A stretch of 64,000 nt of DNA. Source: the human T2T-CHM13v2.0 reference genome, Homo sapiens. Every line of letters starts with the position of its first letter. Positions within the stretch are counted from its first letter, which is position 1. The notes under the pieces were generated by a model. It worked only from the letters and a program-made list of their open reading frames with translations. It was not told the DNA's origin and ran no database searches. Shown one piece after another: positions 14,027 through 26,820 of this stretch. Position numbers and translations under genes: made by a program. The stretch is from the NCBI RefSeq assembly GCF_009914755.1, contig NC_060930.1. One strand, written 5' to 3'.

Positions 14027-14820
14027 TTTTAATGATCACCATTCTAACTGGTGTGAGATGGTATGTCATTGTGGTTTTGATTTGCATTTCACTGATGGCC
14101 AGTGATGTCATGAAACAACAGGTGCTGGAGAGGATGTGGAGAAATAGGAACACTTTTACACTGTTGGTGGGACTGTAAACTAGTTCAACCATTGTGGAAG
14201 ACAGTGTGGTGATTCCTCAAGGATCTAGAACTAGAAATACCATTTGACCCAGCCATCCCATTACTGGGTATCTACCCAAAAGATTATAAATCATGCTGCT
14301 ATAAAGACACATGCACATGTACATTTATTGCGGCACTATTCACAATAGCAAAGACTTGGAACCAACCCAAAAGTCCATCAATGATAGACCGGATTAAGAA
14401 AATGTGACACATATACACCATGGAATACTATGCAGCCATAAAAATGATGCGTTCATGTCCTTTGTAGGGACATGGATGAAGTTGGAAACCATCATTCTGA
14501 GCAAACTATCGCAAGGACAGAAAACCAAACACCACATGTTCTCACTCACAGGTGGGAATTGAACAATGAGAACACCTGGACACAGGATGGGGAACATCAC
14601 ACACTGGGGCCTGTTGTGGGGTGTGGGGAGGGGGGAGGGATAGCATTAGGAGATATACCTAATGAAAATGATGAGTTAATGGGTGCAGCACACCAACATG
14701 GCACATGTATACATATGTAACAAACCTGCACATTGTGCACATGTACCCTAGAACTTTAAGTATAATAAAAATAAATAAATTAAAAAATTACAGTGTTAGT
14801 AGACCCCTCCTAAAAAAAAA
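14027..14820 (+). mobile_element. 5'-inverted L1PA with a probable short 3' transduction
   Basis: 14027-14107 inverted; 14108-14787 forward 3' end and tail; unique 24-mer; second A tract. TSD gaaaatag[c/g]gtggtt at 14012-14026 and 14821-14835. Confidence 0.9.
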
Positions 14821-15306
14821 GAAAATAGGGTGGTTGCAGATGTAATTAGATAAGATGGGGTCATACTCATGTAGCTTGGCCTCCTAATATAATATGACTG
14901 ATGTCCTTACTAAAAGGTGGCTATTTGAAGACATAGATAGGGAGAACATGTGAAGACAGAGGATTAGAGTGATTCAGCAACAAATCACTTGTCAGATTGC
15001 TGACAAACCACCATAACCTAAGAAAAGGCAAGTATAAAATTTTCTGCAGATTTTTGGGGAAGCGTGGTCTTGCTGACATCCTTTGTCTTGGACTTCTAGC
15101 CTCCAGCACTTTGAGACAATACATTTCTGTTGTGATACTTTGTTGCAGTAGCCCTAGAGAATGAATACATCCCCAACACCAGCTCTGCTTCTTTTATAGT
15201 TCAGGAAAAATGCTGAAGTGGAAAAATATATCACAAAAACTAAGGTTAAATTAGAAGCAGTACGAAAGAGAATAGACTATTGAAAACACAGTAAGTGATA
15301 GAATGG

Positions 15307-15483
15307 TGCTATAGTTTGAATGTCTCCTCCAACATTCACATTGAAATTTAATTTCCAATATAACTGTATTTGGAGGTGAGGCCTTTAAGAGGTGATTAGG
15401 TCATGATGGCTTGTCATCATTACAGGATGGGTTAGTTATTGCAACACTAAGATTGTTATAAAAGAGAGTTTGTCCTGATTTCT

Positions 15484-15542
<59 letters not shown>

Positions 15543-15591
15543 CTCACTTCTCCTTTCCACCCTTTGGCCATGTGATGATGCTTCTCTCTCT

Positions 15592-15664
<73 letters not shown>

Positions 15665-15895
15665 GACTCACTTCTCCTTTCCACCCTTTGGTCATGTGAT
15701 GATGCTTCTCTCTCTTCTTTCTCTCTCACACACACACACACTTGCTTCTGTCTTCCACCCTTTGGCCATGGGATAATGCTCGTCATGCTCATAGGCTTCC
15801 CACCCTTTAAAACTCTGAGCCAAATAAACTTCTATTGTTTATAAATTACCCAGTCTGTGGTATTCTATTGCAGCAGCAGAAAACAAACTGAAACA
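15307..15895 (+). mobile_element. MaLR solo LTR (MST-like) with internal tandem duplication
   Basis: tgctatagtttgaatgtc...ataaattacccagtctgtggtattctattgcagcagcagaaaacaaactgaaaca. Confidence 0.8.
15481..15775. repeat. Compound tandem repeat of (CT)n(CA)n plus ~50-bp LTR core, about 2.5 copies
   Basis: ggactcacttctcctttccaccctttgg[c/t]catgtgatgatgcttctctctc occurs at ~15540 and ~15664, with a diverged third copy at ~15741. Confidence 0.9.
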
Positions 15896-15961
15896 GATGA
15901 AAAAGACACAGTAGCGCAATGCAAACAAACCAAAAAACAAGCACAAATATCAAACAAGGAA

Positions 15962-16406
15962 GATAGCAAAGACTTGGAACCAACCCAAATGCCCATCAAT
16001 GACAGACTGGATAACGAAAATGTGGCACATGTGCATCATGGAATACTATGCAGCCATAAAAAAGAATGAGTTCATGTCCTTTGCAGGGACATGGATTAAG
16101 CTGGAAATGATCATTCTCAGCAAACTAACACAGGAACAGAAAACCAAACACTGCATGTTCTCATCGTAACTGGGAGTTGAACAATGAGAACACATGTGCA
16201 CAGGGAGGGGAACATCACATACTGGGGCTGTCAGGGGGTGGGGGTAAGGGGAGGGATAGCATTAGGAGAAATACCTAATGTAGACGACGGGTGGATGGGT
16301 GCAGTAAACTACCATGGCACATGTATATGTATGTAACAAACCTGCACGTTCTGCACATGTATCCCAGAACTTTAAGTATAATAAAAAATTTAAAAAAAAT
16401 TAAAAA
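15962..16406 (+). mobile_element. 5'-truncated L1PA 3' end
   Basis: atagcaaagacttggaaccaacccaaatgccc...gtatcccagaactttaagtataataaaaaa. Confidence 0.9.
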
Positions 16407-16740
16407 CACTGATGAAAGAAATTTAAGCAGGCATCAATAAATTGAAAGATATCTCATGTTCATGGCATGAAACAATATTGCTAAAAAAAATGTTCATACT
16501 AGACAAAGCAATTGACAGATTCAATGCAATCTCTATCAAAATTACAATGGCTTTTTTTTTAGAGAAGTAGAAATAACAATCCTAAAATTCACTGGAACTC
16601 CGAAACATCCCAAATAGCCAAATAAATCTTGAGAAATAAGAACAAAGCTGGAGACAGCATCTTTTCTTATTTCAAAATTAAAACAGCATGGTACTGGGAT
16701 AAAGACAGACACATAGACCAATGGAACAGAATCAACAGCC
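16407..16740 (+). mobile_element. Older L1M ORF2 fragment (left half; resumes at ~24577)
   Basis: ORF2-like [18 protein letters not shown], interrupted at aacagaatcaacagcc. Confidence 0.75.
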
Positions 16741-19700
16741 TCAATGAAGTCAGCAAGATGCAACCTAGAGTTAGCCAGTACTCACCCTCCTCACAAAAAG
16801 AAACTGAAGTAACAAACAAACAACTATATTTTGACTAGACTGGCTGAAGAAGTATGCTGGAGAGCACCAGGGGAGTGTCAAATTCTCTGTGGAGCCCAGA
16901 AGCCCAGGATAGCACCAGAGAGAGGACAGTGAGGCCTTCCGCCCCTGCCTCACTCTCTCTCCCACCAGAATCAACTTAGCGTCAGGAGGGAGTTCTTACT
17001 GGGAAAAGTTGAGCTGTGGATGTCTGGCAGCCCCCGTTGCCACCAAATGCCAGCTATCCTTGTTAGAGTAAAGTCCCCCAATCTTCACAGGCACCAAATT
17101 CAGTTTGCAGATTAACCAGGAGCTCAGGCAGGTACATTGTCTCAGAGTAGAAGCCTACATTGGGCACTCATCACCCTTGTGACCTAAGCTTCTATAGGTT
17201 GGTGCTATCCTAAAACTGCACCCATTACTAAAAGGGCACCCTTTTCTAGGGGCTGGTGGCAACTGATTTTTTTTTCTATCCCTGAGGCCCCACCATCATT
17301 CCACCATGTTTACACAGGTGCCCGCAGCACCATGACTCCAGCTGTCCAGAGCCCAGGCCAGAAGGAATAATCAAGACTTTGGTATCCAAACCCATGTGAT
17401 ATACCCTGTCTCCAAGGAACAGGCAAATCTGCACAGTATGGGAGCTAACAAACAGCAGATCAGCTACTTTGTCCATACACACCCATGACCCACAGCCAGA
17501 TGGCCTGCCAAGAATGTGTGCACCTGTACCTGGCCCAACAGCTGGTCCTATGGAAGACCTGCCCCCCAACAGATTGCCACAGAGCCTCCCAGGACTGCCA
17601 TGCCTATGCATACCTAGCCTGACATCTAGTCTAGCTGTAGCCTTGCCTCTTTGGAGAAAGAACCACACAGCATCCCAGTTGGCCACATCCTTGTGCCCCC
17701 AAGCCTAGCCTGACAGGCATCTGGCAGCAGCCACCAACTCTACAGACAGCCCAGTGGAAGGCCAGTCAGTCTTCTGTGCCCACATGCAACCAGCCTGACA
17801 ATGGGCCCAGAGCCTCTACCCCAGCAAGACCCCTCTACTGTCATCAAAAATTCCTACAGCCTAGACCACTGAGGCAATTGCAGACACTGCTGACAGGGAT
17901 TACAGTGGAAGAAAAATGCATGGAAAACACACTATACACCCAAAAACAAAGCCATTACACTATATTAAACGAACACTCAAGGTCCCATCTACAAAAAAAA
18001 AAGTCTCTCCCCATGAAAACTACACTATAAAATTAATAAGGGTGACTATTCCACTAGATATGCAGATATCTACATAGGAACACAAGAAACATAAAAAAGC
18101 AGGAAACATGACACCCCCAAAGAAACACATAAGTCTCAAGTAACAGACCCCAAAGAAAAGAACATTTACCAAATGCCTGAAAAACAATTCTAAATAATAA
18201 TTTTAAGTAAGCTAAGAGAGCTACAAGAGAACACAAACAATTCAATAAAATAAGGAAAACATGATCTGAGTGAGACATTTGACAGAGACAGATATTTTTA
18301 AAAAAGAGCCAAACAGAAATTTTGGGGCCAAAGAATTTAATGAATTAATTAAAAAAATACAACTGAGAGCTTCAACAGACTACATCAAGCAAAATAAATA
18401 ATTTTTGAACATGAAGACCATAATTTAAAGAAACAAAAAGAAGTAGAAATAAAAATAATAAAGAAAACCTGTGGGACTTATGAGACATCATTATGCAAAT
18501 AAATTTTGCAGTATAGCATTTCCAGACAGAGAAGAGATGGGGAAAGTCACAGAAGACCTTTTTAATGAAATAATAGCTGAAAACTTTCCAAGTATTGAGA
18601 GAGATATGAACATTAATATTCAGAAATCTCAAGGGTCCCCAATTAAATTCAATTTCAAAAAACCCTTCTAAGGCCCATTATAATAAAACCATCAAAAGTC
18701 AAAGATAGAATTTTAAAAGCTGAAAGAGAAAAGTGTCAAGTCACCTTTAAGGGAATTTTCATTAGACTATTAGCAGATTTCTCAGCAGAATAGAGAATAG
18801 GATGGTATATTCAAAGTGCTGAAAATAAAAAAAACTGTCAGCTAAGATATTATATTCAACAAAGCTATTCTTCAGAAATGGAGGAAAAATAGACATTCCC
18901 AGACAAGCAAGTCTGAGGGAATTCATCACCAATAGACTGGCCTCTCAGTAAATACTTAAGGAAGTGTTACAAATGGAAAGAAAAGAATGATAATTACTAT
19001 CATTAAAGCATGTGAAAAGTATGTTACAGGTTATGGAATAAAAAAAAACATGTAAAAGTATAAAATTCACCATAAGACGTAAATTAATAAATCAAACTGA
19101 TAATACACCAGTGATATAATGGTGCTATGTAAATCTCTCAATCCTCTAGTATGAAGGTTTAAAGTCAAAATGGTCAAAAATAACACTAGCTACAATTAGT
19201 GGCTAAGGAATGCATAATAAACAAATTAAGATAACAAAAATATATATTGTGGGGGTAGTAAAAACTCTAGAGTATTTTTATGATACAAAAATTAAGCGGC
19301 CATCAGCTTAAATAGTCTAGTATAACTACAGGAGTCTTTATGCTAACCTCATGGCAATCATAAAGAAAGAAATTACAGCAACAAACCAGAAAGAGGAAAG
19401 AAAGCATAGCAGCACAGAAAACCACCAAACCTCAGAGCTTAATAAGAAAAGAAGGAACAATTGATCTATAAGACAGTCAGGAAACAATTTTTAAAATGTC
19501 AGGAGTAAATGCTTACCGATCAAAAATTACCTCGGGTAAATGAATTAAATTGTACAATTAAAAGATATAGAGTGACTGAATGGATTAAAAACAAATAAAC
19601 AGGACCCAAGTACATGCTAGCTTCAGGAGACTACTTCACCATTAAAGACAAACATTAAAGACTTAAAGTGAAGGGATGGAAAAGGATATTCCATGCAAAT

Positions 19701-20425
19701 GTAAACAAAAAGTAAGCAAGGGTGGCCATACTTTCATGAGATAAAACAGACTTGAAGTCAAAACTGTAAAAAGAGACAAGGTCATTATATAAGGATAATG
19801 ACCTTATATAAAGGGATCAATTCAACAAGAGGATATAACAATTGTAAAAATATATATGCACTCAATACTGGAGGATCCAGATATATAAAGCAAATATTAT
19901 TAGATCTAAAAGGAGAGATAGACTGCAATACAATAATAGCAGGGGACTTTGAGACCCTACTTTAACAATGGACAGACAGATCACCTAGACAAAAAATCAA
20001 CTACGAAACATCAGAGTTATACTGCACTCTAGATTAAATGGACCCAACAGATATTTACGTAACATTTCCTCCAACCGCTGCAGAATACACATTTTTCTCA
20101 ACTGCACATCAACATTCTCCACGTTAGATCACATGTTAGGCCACAAAGCGAATCTTTACAAGTTTAAGAAAATAGAGATTGTGTCAAATATCTTTTATGA
20201 CCACAATGACATAAAACTAGAAATCAGCAACAATAACAATTTTGGAAATTTTACAAATACATGGAAATTAAACAACATGGCTGCTAAAAAACCAATGGGT
20301 CAATGAAAAAAAAAGATAAATTAAAAATTTCCTTGAGACAGAAAACTCTGGAAACAAATTATACCAAAACCTATGAGACAACAAAAGCAGTTTTAAGAGA
20401 GAAGTTTGCAGCAATAAATACCTAC

Positions 20426-20476
<51 letters not shown>

Positions 20477-20512
20477 ATCTATCTATCATCTATCTATCTA
20501 TCATCTATCTAT
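20426..20512. repeat. (TCTA)n / GATA tetranucleotide microsatellite
   Basis: Long pure run of tcta units followed by tca-interrupted units. Confidence 0.95.
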
Positions 20513-21764
20513 ATTTTAATAAGCAACCTAACAGTGCACCTCAAGAAACTAGAAAAACAACCACAAACTAAATCCAACGTTGGTAGAATTAAAAAAAAAA
20601 ACAAAGCTCAGAGAAGAAATTAACAAAATCGAGACAAAAAATTCAAAAATCAATGAAATGAAGAGAAAGGTTTTTTTGAAAAGACAAAGCGAATTGACAA
20701 ACGTTTACCTAGACTAAGAAAAAAAAAGAGAGAAACTCAAATAGATAAAATCAGAGATAAAAAGGAGACATTACAACTGATAGCACAGAAATACAGAGGA
20801 TCATAAGAGACTTATATATGACTATACACCAACAAATTTGATAACTTAGAAGAAATGAATAAATTCCTGGATACATACAGACTACCAAGATTAAATTATG
20901 AAGAAATAGAAAAACTGAACGAAGTAGTAACGAGTGACGAAACTGAATCATTAATAAAAAGTCTTCCATCAAAGAAAAGCCCAGGACCTAATAGCTTCAC
21001 AGCTTAGTTCTACCAAACATTTAAAAAAGAACTAATATCCATTCTTCTCAAACTATTCCAGATTATTTAAGAGGAGAGAATATTTCCAAACTTATTTTAT
21101 GAGGCCAGTATTAACTTTATTTCAAAACTGGTTGAGGACACAATGAAAAAGAAAAACTACAGGCCAATATCCCTGATGAACATAGATGCAAAAATTCTGG
21201 ATAAGACCTAGCAAATTGAATATAACAGTACATTAAAAAGATCATTTACTATGATCAAATGGGATTCATTCCAGAGATGCAAGGATGTTTGAATACATAC
21301 AAATCAATAAATGTGACAAAACCACATTAACAGAAAGAAAGACCAAAACCATATGATCAATTCAGTATATGAAACAAAAGCATTTGACGAAATTCAACAT
21401 CTCTTCATGATAAAAACTCTTAACAAATTAGGTATAGACGGTATGTAACTCAACACAATAAATGCCATATATGACAAACCCACAACTAACATTACACTGA
21501 ACAGGAAAAGCTGAAAGATTTTTTTCTAGGATGAGGAATAAAAGAATGCCCACTTTTACCACTTTTATTCAACATATTAATGGAAGTTCTAGCCAGAGCA
21601 GTTAGTCAAGAGAAAGAAATAAAGTCATCCAAATTGAAAATGAGGAAGTCAAATTGTCCCTGTTTGCAGATTACATTATCTTAAATATAGGAAACCCTAA
21701 AGAATCCACCAAAAACTGTTAAAACTAATAAATGAATTTAGTAAAGTTGCAGTATACAAAATCA

Positions 21765-21915
<151 letters not shown>

Positions 21916-22681
21916 TATTAAAATAATTTTAAAAACATTAATAGTGTTTCTATATGCCAATAGTGAACCATTTGAAAAAGAAATAAAAAAGATAATTACA
22001 TTTATAATACCTATAAAAAAGATAGCTAGGAATAAACTCAACAAAGGAGGTGAAAACTATAAAACTTCGATGAAAGAAACTGAAGAGGACACAAATAAAT
22101 GAGAAGATATCCCAAACTGATGGATTGAAAGAATTAATATTGTTAATATGGCCATACTAGCCAAATAAATCTACAGATTTAATGTAATCTCTATCAAAGT
22201 ACCAATGACATTCTTCACAGAAATAGAAAAAAAGCAATCCTAAAATTCATATGGAACCATTAAACTCCAAATATCCAAGAAATGCTGAGCAAAAAGAATA
22301 AAGCTGGAGGCATCACACTACCTGACTTCAAAATATATGTCGAAGCTATAGTAACCAAAACAGTAGGGTACTGGAATAAAAACAGAAAAATAGGCCAATG
22401 CAACAGAATGGAGACCCCAGAAACAAATGTATGCACCTATAGCCAACTCATTTTTCACAAAGGTGCCAAGAGCACACATTGGGGAAAAGGCAGTCTCTTC
22501 AATAAATGGTGCTGGTAAAATTGGATATCCACATGCAGATGAATGAGACTAGACCTCTATCTCTCACCATATATAAAAATCAACCCAAAATGAATGAAAT
22601 ACTTAAATGAGAAACTTGAAAATATGAAACTACCACAAGAAAACTAGGTGAAACCCTTCATGATATTGGGTTGGTCACCAA

Positions 22682-22985
22682 TTTTTATTTATTTATTTTT
22701 GAGATAGGATCTCACTCCTGTTGCCTAAGTGGGAGTGTAGTGAAACAATCATGGCTTGCTGCAGCCTCGACTTCTCAGGCTCAGATGATCCTCCTGCCTC
22801 AGCCTCCCAAGTATCTGGGACTACAGTTACATGCCACCACCCCTGGTTAATTTTTTGTATTTTTATTAGAGACAGGGTTTCATCATGTTTCTCAGGCTGG
22901 TCTCTAACTCCTGTGTTGAAGCAATCCACCTGCCTTGGCCTCCCAAAAGTTCTGGGATTACAGGTGTGAACCACCATGCCTAGCC
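22682..22985 (-). mobile_element. AluJ-like element
   Basis: Diverged dimeric Alu in reverse, with J-type gcagcctcgacttctcaggctcag. Confidence 0.88.
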
Positions 22986-23002
22986 AAGAATGTGTAAATA
23001 AT

Positions 23003-23440
23003 ACATATTCCTGGGCTCTGTATTCTGTTCCATTGGTCTATGTGTCTGTTTTTTATGCCAGTTCCATACCGTTTTGATTACAAGAGCTTTGTACCGTATT
23101 TTGAAATCAGGTAGTGTGATGCCTCCAGCTTTGTTCTTTTTGCTCAGTATTGCTTTTGTATTTGAAGTTTTTAGGGGCTCTATATGAATTTAAATTGTTT
23201 TTATTTCAATTTCTGTGAAGAATGTCATTGGTATTTTGATACAGATTGCATTAAATCTGTAGATCTCTTTGTCTACTATGGCTGTTTTAATAATATTAGT
23301 TCTTCGAATCCATGAATATGAAGTATCTTTCCACTTATTTGTGTCCTCTTCAATTTCTTGCATCAAAGTTTCATAATTTTCAGTGTACATATCATTCACC
23401 TCCTTAGTTAGGGTTATTTCTGGCTATCTTAATTTTTGTG
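23003..23440 (-). mobile_element. Antisense internal L1 ORF2 fragment without 3' end
   Basis: ORF 23190-23399(-) ENYETLMQEIEEDTNKWKD...YRFNAI; the host L1 resumes at acaggcaacaaaagc (~23444). Confidence 0.85.
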
Positions 23441-24576
23441 CTTACAGGCAACAAAAGCAAAAATAGACAAATTGAATTACATCAAACTAAAAAGATTTTT
23501 CCTAGAAAATGAATCCATTAATCAAGTGAAGAGACAACTTACAGAATGGGAGAAAATATTTGCAAACTATACGTCTGACAAGGGGTTAATATCCAGAATA
23601 TATAAAGAACTTAACAACAATGACAACAAAATAACCTGATTTTAGAAATGTATGGAAGACATTATTAGACATTTTGGAGATGACATATAAATGGCCAACA
23701 GGTATATGAAAAAATGTTCAACATCACTAATTATCAGAAAAATGTAAATCAAAACCATGAGGAGATACAACCTCACCCCAATTAGAATGGCTATTTTCAA
23801 AAAGACAAAAGGAAACAATGTTGGTGAAGATGCGGAGAAAAAGGAACCCTTACACACTGCTAGTGGGATTGTAAACTAGTAAAACCATATGGAAAACAGT
23901 ATTGAGTTTCTTTTAGAAATTGAATAACTACCATATTAGCCATCCCACTAATTGGTATGTATTTAAAAGAAATGAAATCAGTATATAAAAGAGATAACTG
24001 CTCTCCCATGTTTATTGCAGCAGTATTTACAATAAGAAAGACATAGAATCAACCTGCGTCCAACAACAGATGAATGGTTACAGAAAATGTGGTATATATA
24101 CACAATGAAATACTATTCAGCTGTAAAATAATAAAAGCTCATCATATGCAATAACACGGATGAATTTGTAGTACATATCACATGATATCACTCACATGTG
24201 GAATCTAAAAAGTAATATGTCGATATGCTAGAAGCAGAGAGTAGAACAGTGGTTACCAGAGACTGAAGAGAGGAGGGAGGGGGGAGAATTGGGAGTGCTG
24301 TCAGTTATAATTAGACAGAAATAAATTCTAGCATGCTAGTGCTCAGTAGGGTGACTATGGTTAACAGTAAAATAGTGTGTATTACAAAATAGTTAGAGGA
24401 GAGGCTTTTGAATGTTCTCACCCCAGAGCAATGATAAATGCAGGAGGTGATGGATATACCAACTACCCTGATGGATTATTATACAACATTAATATGTATA
24501 AAAACATCACATACCCCATAAATATGTGCAGTTACAATATGTCAATTAAAACAATAAATAAATCAATTTACTTAAT

Positions 24577-24915
24577 GGCCCAGAAATAAACCTATGCCTA
24601 TACCATCAACTGATCTTTGACAAGGGTGTCAAGAACACACAATGGAGAAAAGATAGTGTCTTCAATGCATGGTGTTGGTAAAATTGTATATCCACATGCA
24701 AAAGAATAAAATTGGACCCTTCTCTTATACCATTTTAAAAAATCAACTCAAAATCAATTAGAGACTTAAATAGAAGACCTGACACTCTAAAACTACTCAA
24801 AAAAATAGGGGAAAAGGGCGTTGACATTAGTGTTGGCAACAATTTCTTGAATTTGACACAAAAGTGCAGGCAACAAATCCAAAATAGACAAGTAGGACTT
24901 GTCAAGCTAAACTAT
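24577..24915 (+). mobile_element. Older L1M ORF2 fragment (right half)
   Basis: cccagaaataaacc...caactgatctttgacaagg, collinear with 16407-16740. Confidence 0.75.
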
Positions 24916-25640
24916 ATTTTCGCAAACAACCATAGATTATTAACAAAAGCTAGGTTATATACCAGTTAAGAATATTTATGGTTTTTATTCAGCTCCTTTT
25001 TTAGTATAAACTTGCTTCTATTTTATCTTCTTAAAAAATCTCATAACTAATTATTGTGAAAACAATTTTATGTACAAAAACAGTTGTTAGTAAATACCCT
25101 TCAGTTAAATATAGAAATAGATTGACCGTTAATACAAATATTAGAAGGCTAGATAGAAGTAGTCCTTTTTAAAATAACAAGTATTTATAAAAATGGCAGA
25201 ATAATTATTCTGCTTGTAAGGCAGAATAATTATCAATATAAAGTTTATCAAAATTAAATATAAGACCGACTAGATTGTTGGAAGCAAAGGTACAACTTCT
25301 TTGGTAGCCTTTTTTTCCAGCCTTAGTGACACTTCATTTCACCCTTGGTCAAATACTCCTTAAAACACTAACACAGGAAATTATTTAGGAGTGTGCCTAT
25401 ACCAGATCCAAGATGAGTCAGAACCAGGCTGAGGACTAATGCACTAAACCAAGCAACTGTACATCATTGTCCATATTCTTCAGGAAGTAAGGAACCACAA
25501 GCATTGATGTAGCAGCCTCATTCAAGCTTGGGCTAGAGCCTATGTAAAGTACATAAGAGGGGCCACATGACTTGGTGTGAATCAAAACTGAAGGAGCTGT
25601 CTCAGGCAAGATGGTGCTTACTCACTCAGCCACCTCTCTT

Positions 25641-26078
25641 TTTTATTTTATTTTATTATTATTATACTTTAAGTTTTAGGGTACATGTGCACAACGTGCA
25701 GGTTTGTTACATATGTATACATGTGCCATGTTGGTGTGCTGCACCCATTAACTCATCATTTAGCATTAGGTATATCTCCTAATGCTATTCCTCCCCCCTC
25801 CCCACAACCCCACAACTGTCCTCGGTGTGTGATGTTCCCCTTCCTGTGTCCATGTGTTCTCATTGTTCAATTCCCACCTATGAGTGAGAACATGCTGTGT
25901 TTGGTTTTTTGGAACCAACCCAAATGTCCAACAATGATAGACTGGATTAAGAAAATGTGGCACATATACACCATGGAATACTATGCAGCCATAAAAAAAT
26001 GATGAGTTAATGTCCTTTGTAGGGACATAGATGAAGCTGGAAACCAGCATTCTCAGCAAACTATCGCAAGGACAAAAA
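25641..26078 (-). mobile_element. Short 5'-inverted L1PA
   Basis: 25641-25910 minus-strand 3' end; 25911-26078 adjacent L1 segment inverted. TSD tcagcca[c/g]ctctctt at 25626-25640 and 26079-26093. Confidence 0.92.
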
Positions 26079-26820
26079 TCAGCCAGCTCTCTTAGGACCT
26101 TGTGAGTACTGAGTGACTAGGGTGTTGAAAACTGTAACTGGTAATTACAAGACCATTGCAATGCTTTTGTAAGCATTCTGTGTTGTTACTTGTCATAAAG
26201 TTAGACAAGCTTGATGCCAAATAAAACCTATTTTCTTTCATGATTTGTCTGAACCCAAGAACATAGTTAATAGTAGAGGTGATTTCACAAATTCAAATTC
26301 CTAATGATTGCAGAATTATTTAATGAACTAGTTAGTGTTCATAACATTAACCAATTATTCTTTAAAAGCTGAATTTCAATTTTAGTTGTTTGATTCAATT
26401 TAGTAAAAGGGTGTTTCAAAAAAAGTCTCATTTGGGAAATTTTCAAATCTTAAGTAAATTAAAACGAGAATGTTAATTTTGCCTCTTAAGGGAGCAACAT
26501 GACAGACTCTAAAATCCTATAAAACAACATCTGTGATAGATAATCTTCAAGCCAGACATAATAATCTAAATAATAAAAATAATGTTTCAGAGAAAAATTA
26601 AGTATTCGTAACACTTTTTAAAATTAAACTTCTCAAACAAAGTCTTGGCTAGAATGCCATGTTACATTTCTAACAAGACAATCGGTCTAGTTTCGAGTCT
26701 ATGGAAACAGAATTTAAAGGATAATCTGAAGATTGCTATGAGATTCCACCATTTTCAGTAATTCAAGAAGATAAATTTTTAAAGTTTTCGAGCTATGCAT
26801 TGTAGCAAAAAAATCCTTTT

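Larger units (their letters stand above)
13577..15169 (+). mobile_element. MLT1 (B/C-like) solo LTR interrupted by a THE1 LTR and an L1PA
   Basis: Begins tgttatgggttgaattgtgttcccc; segments rejoin across both inserts; ends gccctagagaatgaataca. Confidence 0.8.

Noticed and set aside
15401-15844. [12 protein letters not shown] ORFs, and a repeat-spacer look reminiscent of a CRISPR array
   Set aside because: Microsatellite-containing tandem duplication in a MaLR LTR of a primate genome; the spacers are simple repeats and there are no cas genes.
17276-18030. Overlapping 79-136 aa ORFs
   Set aside because: They lie in the GC-richer 5' UTR of an old L1 and show no recognisable protein family.
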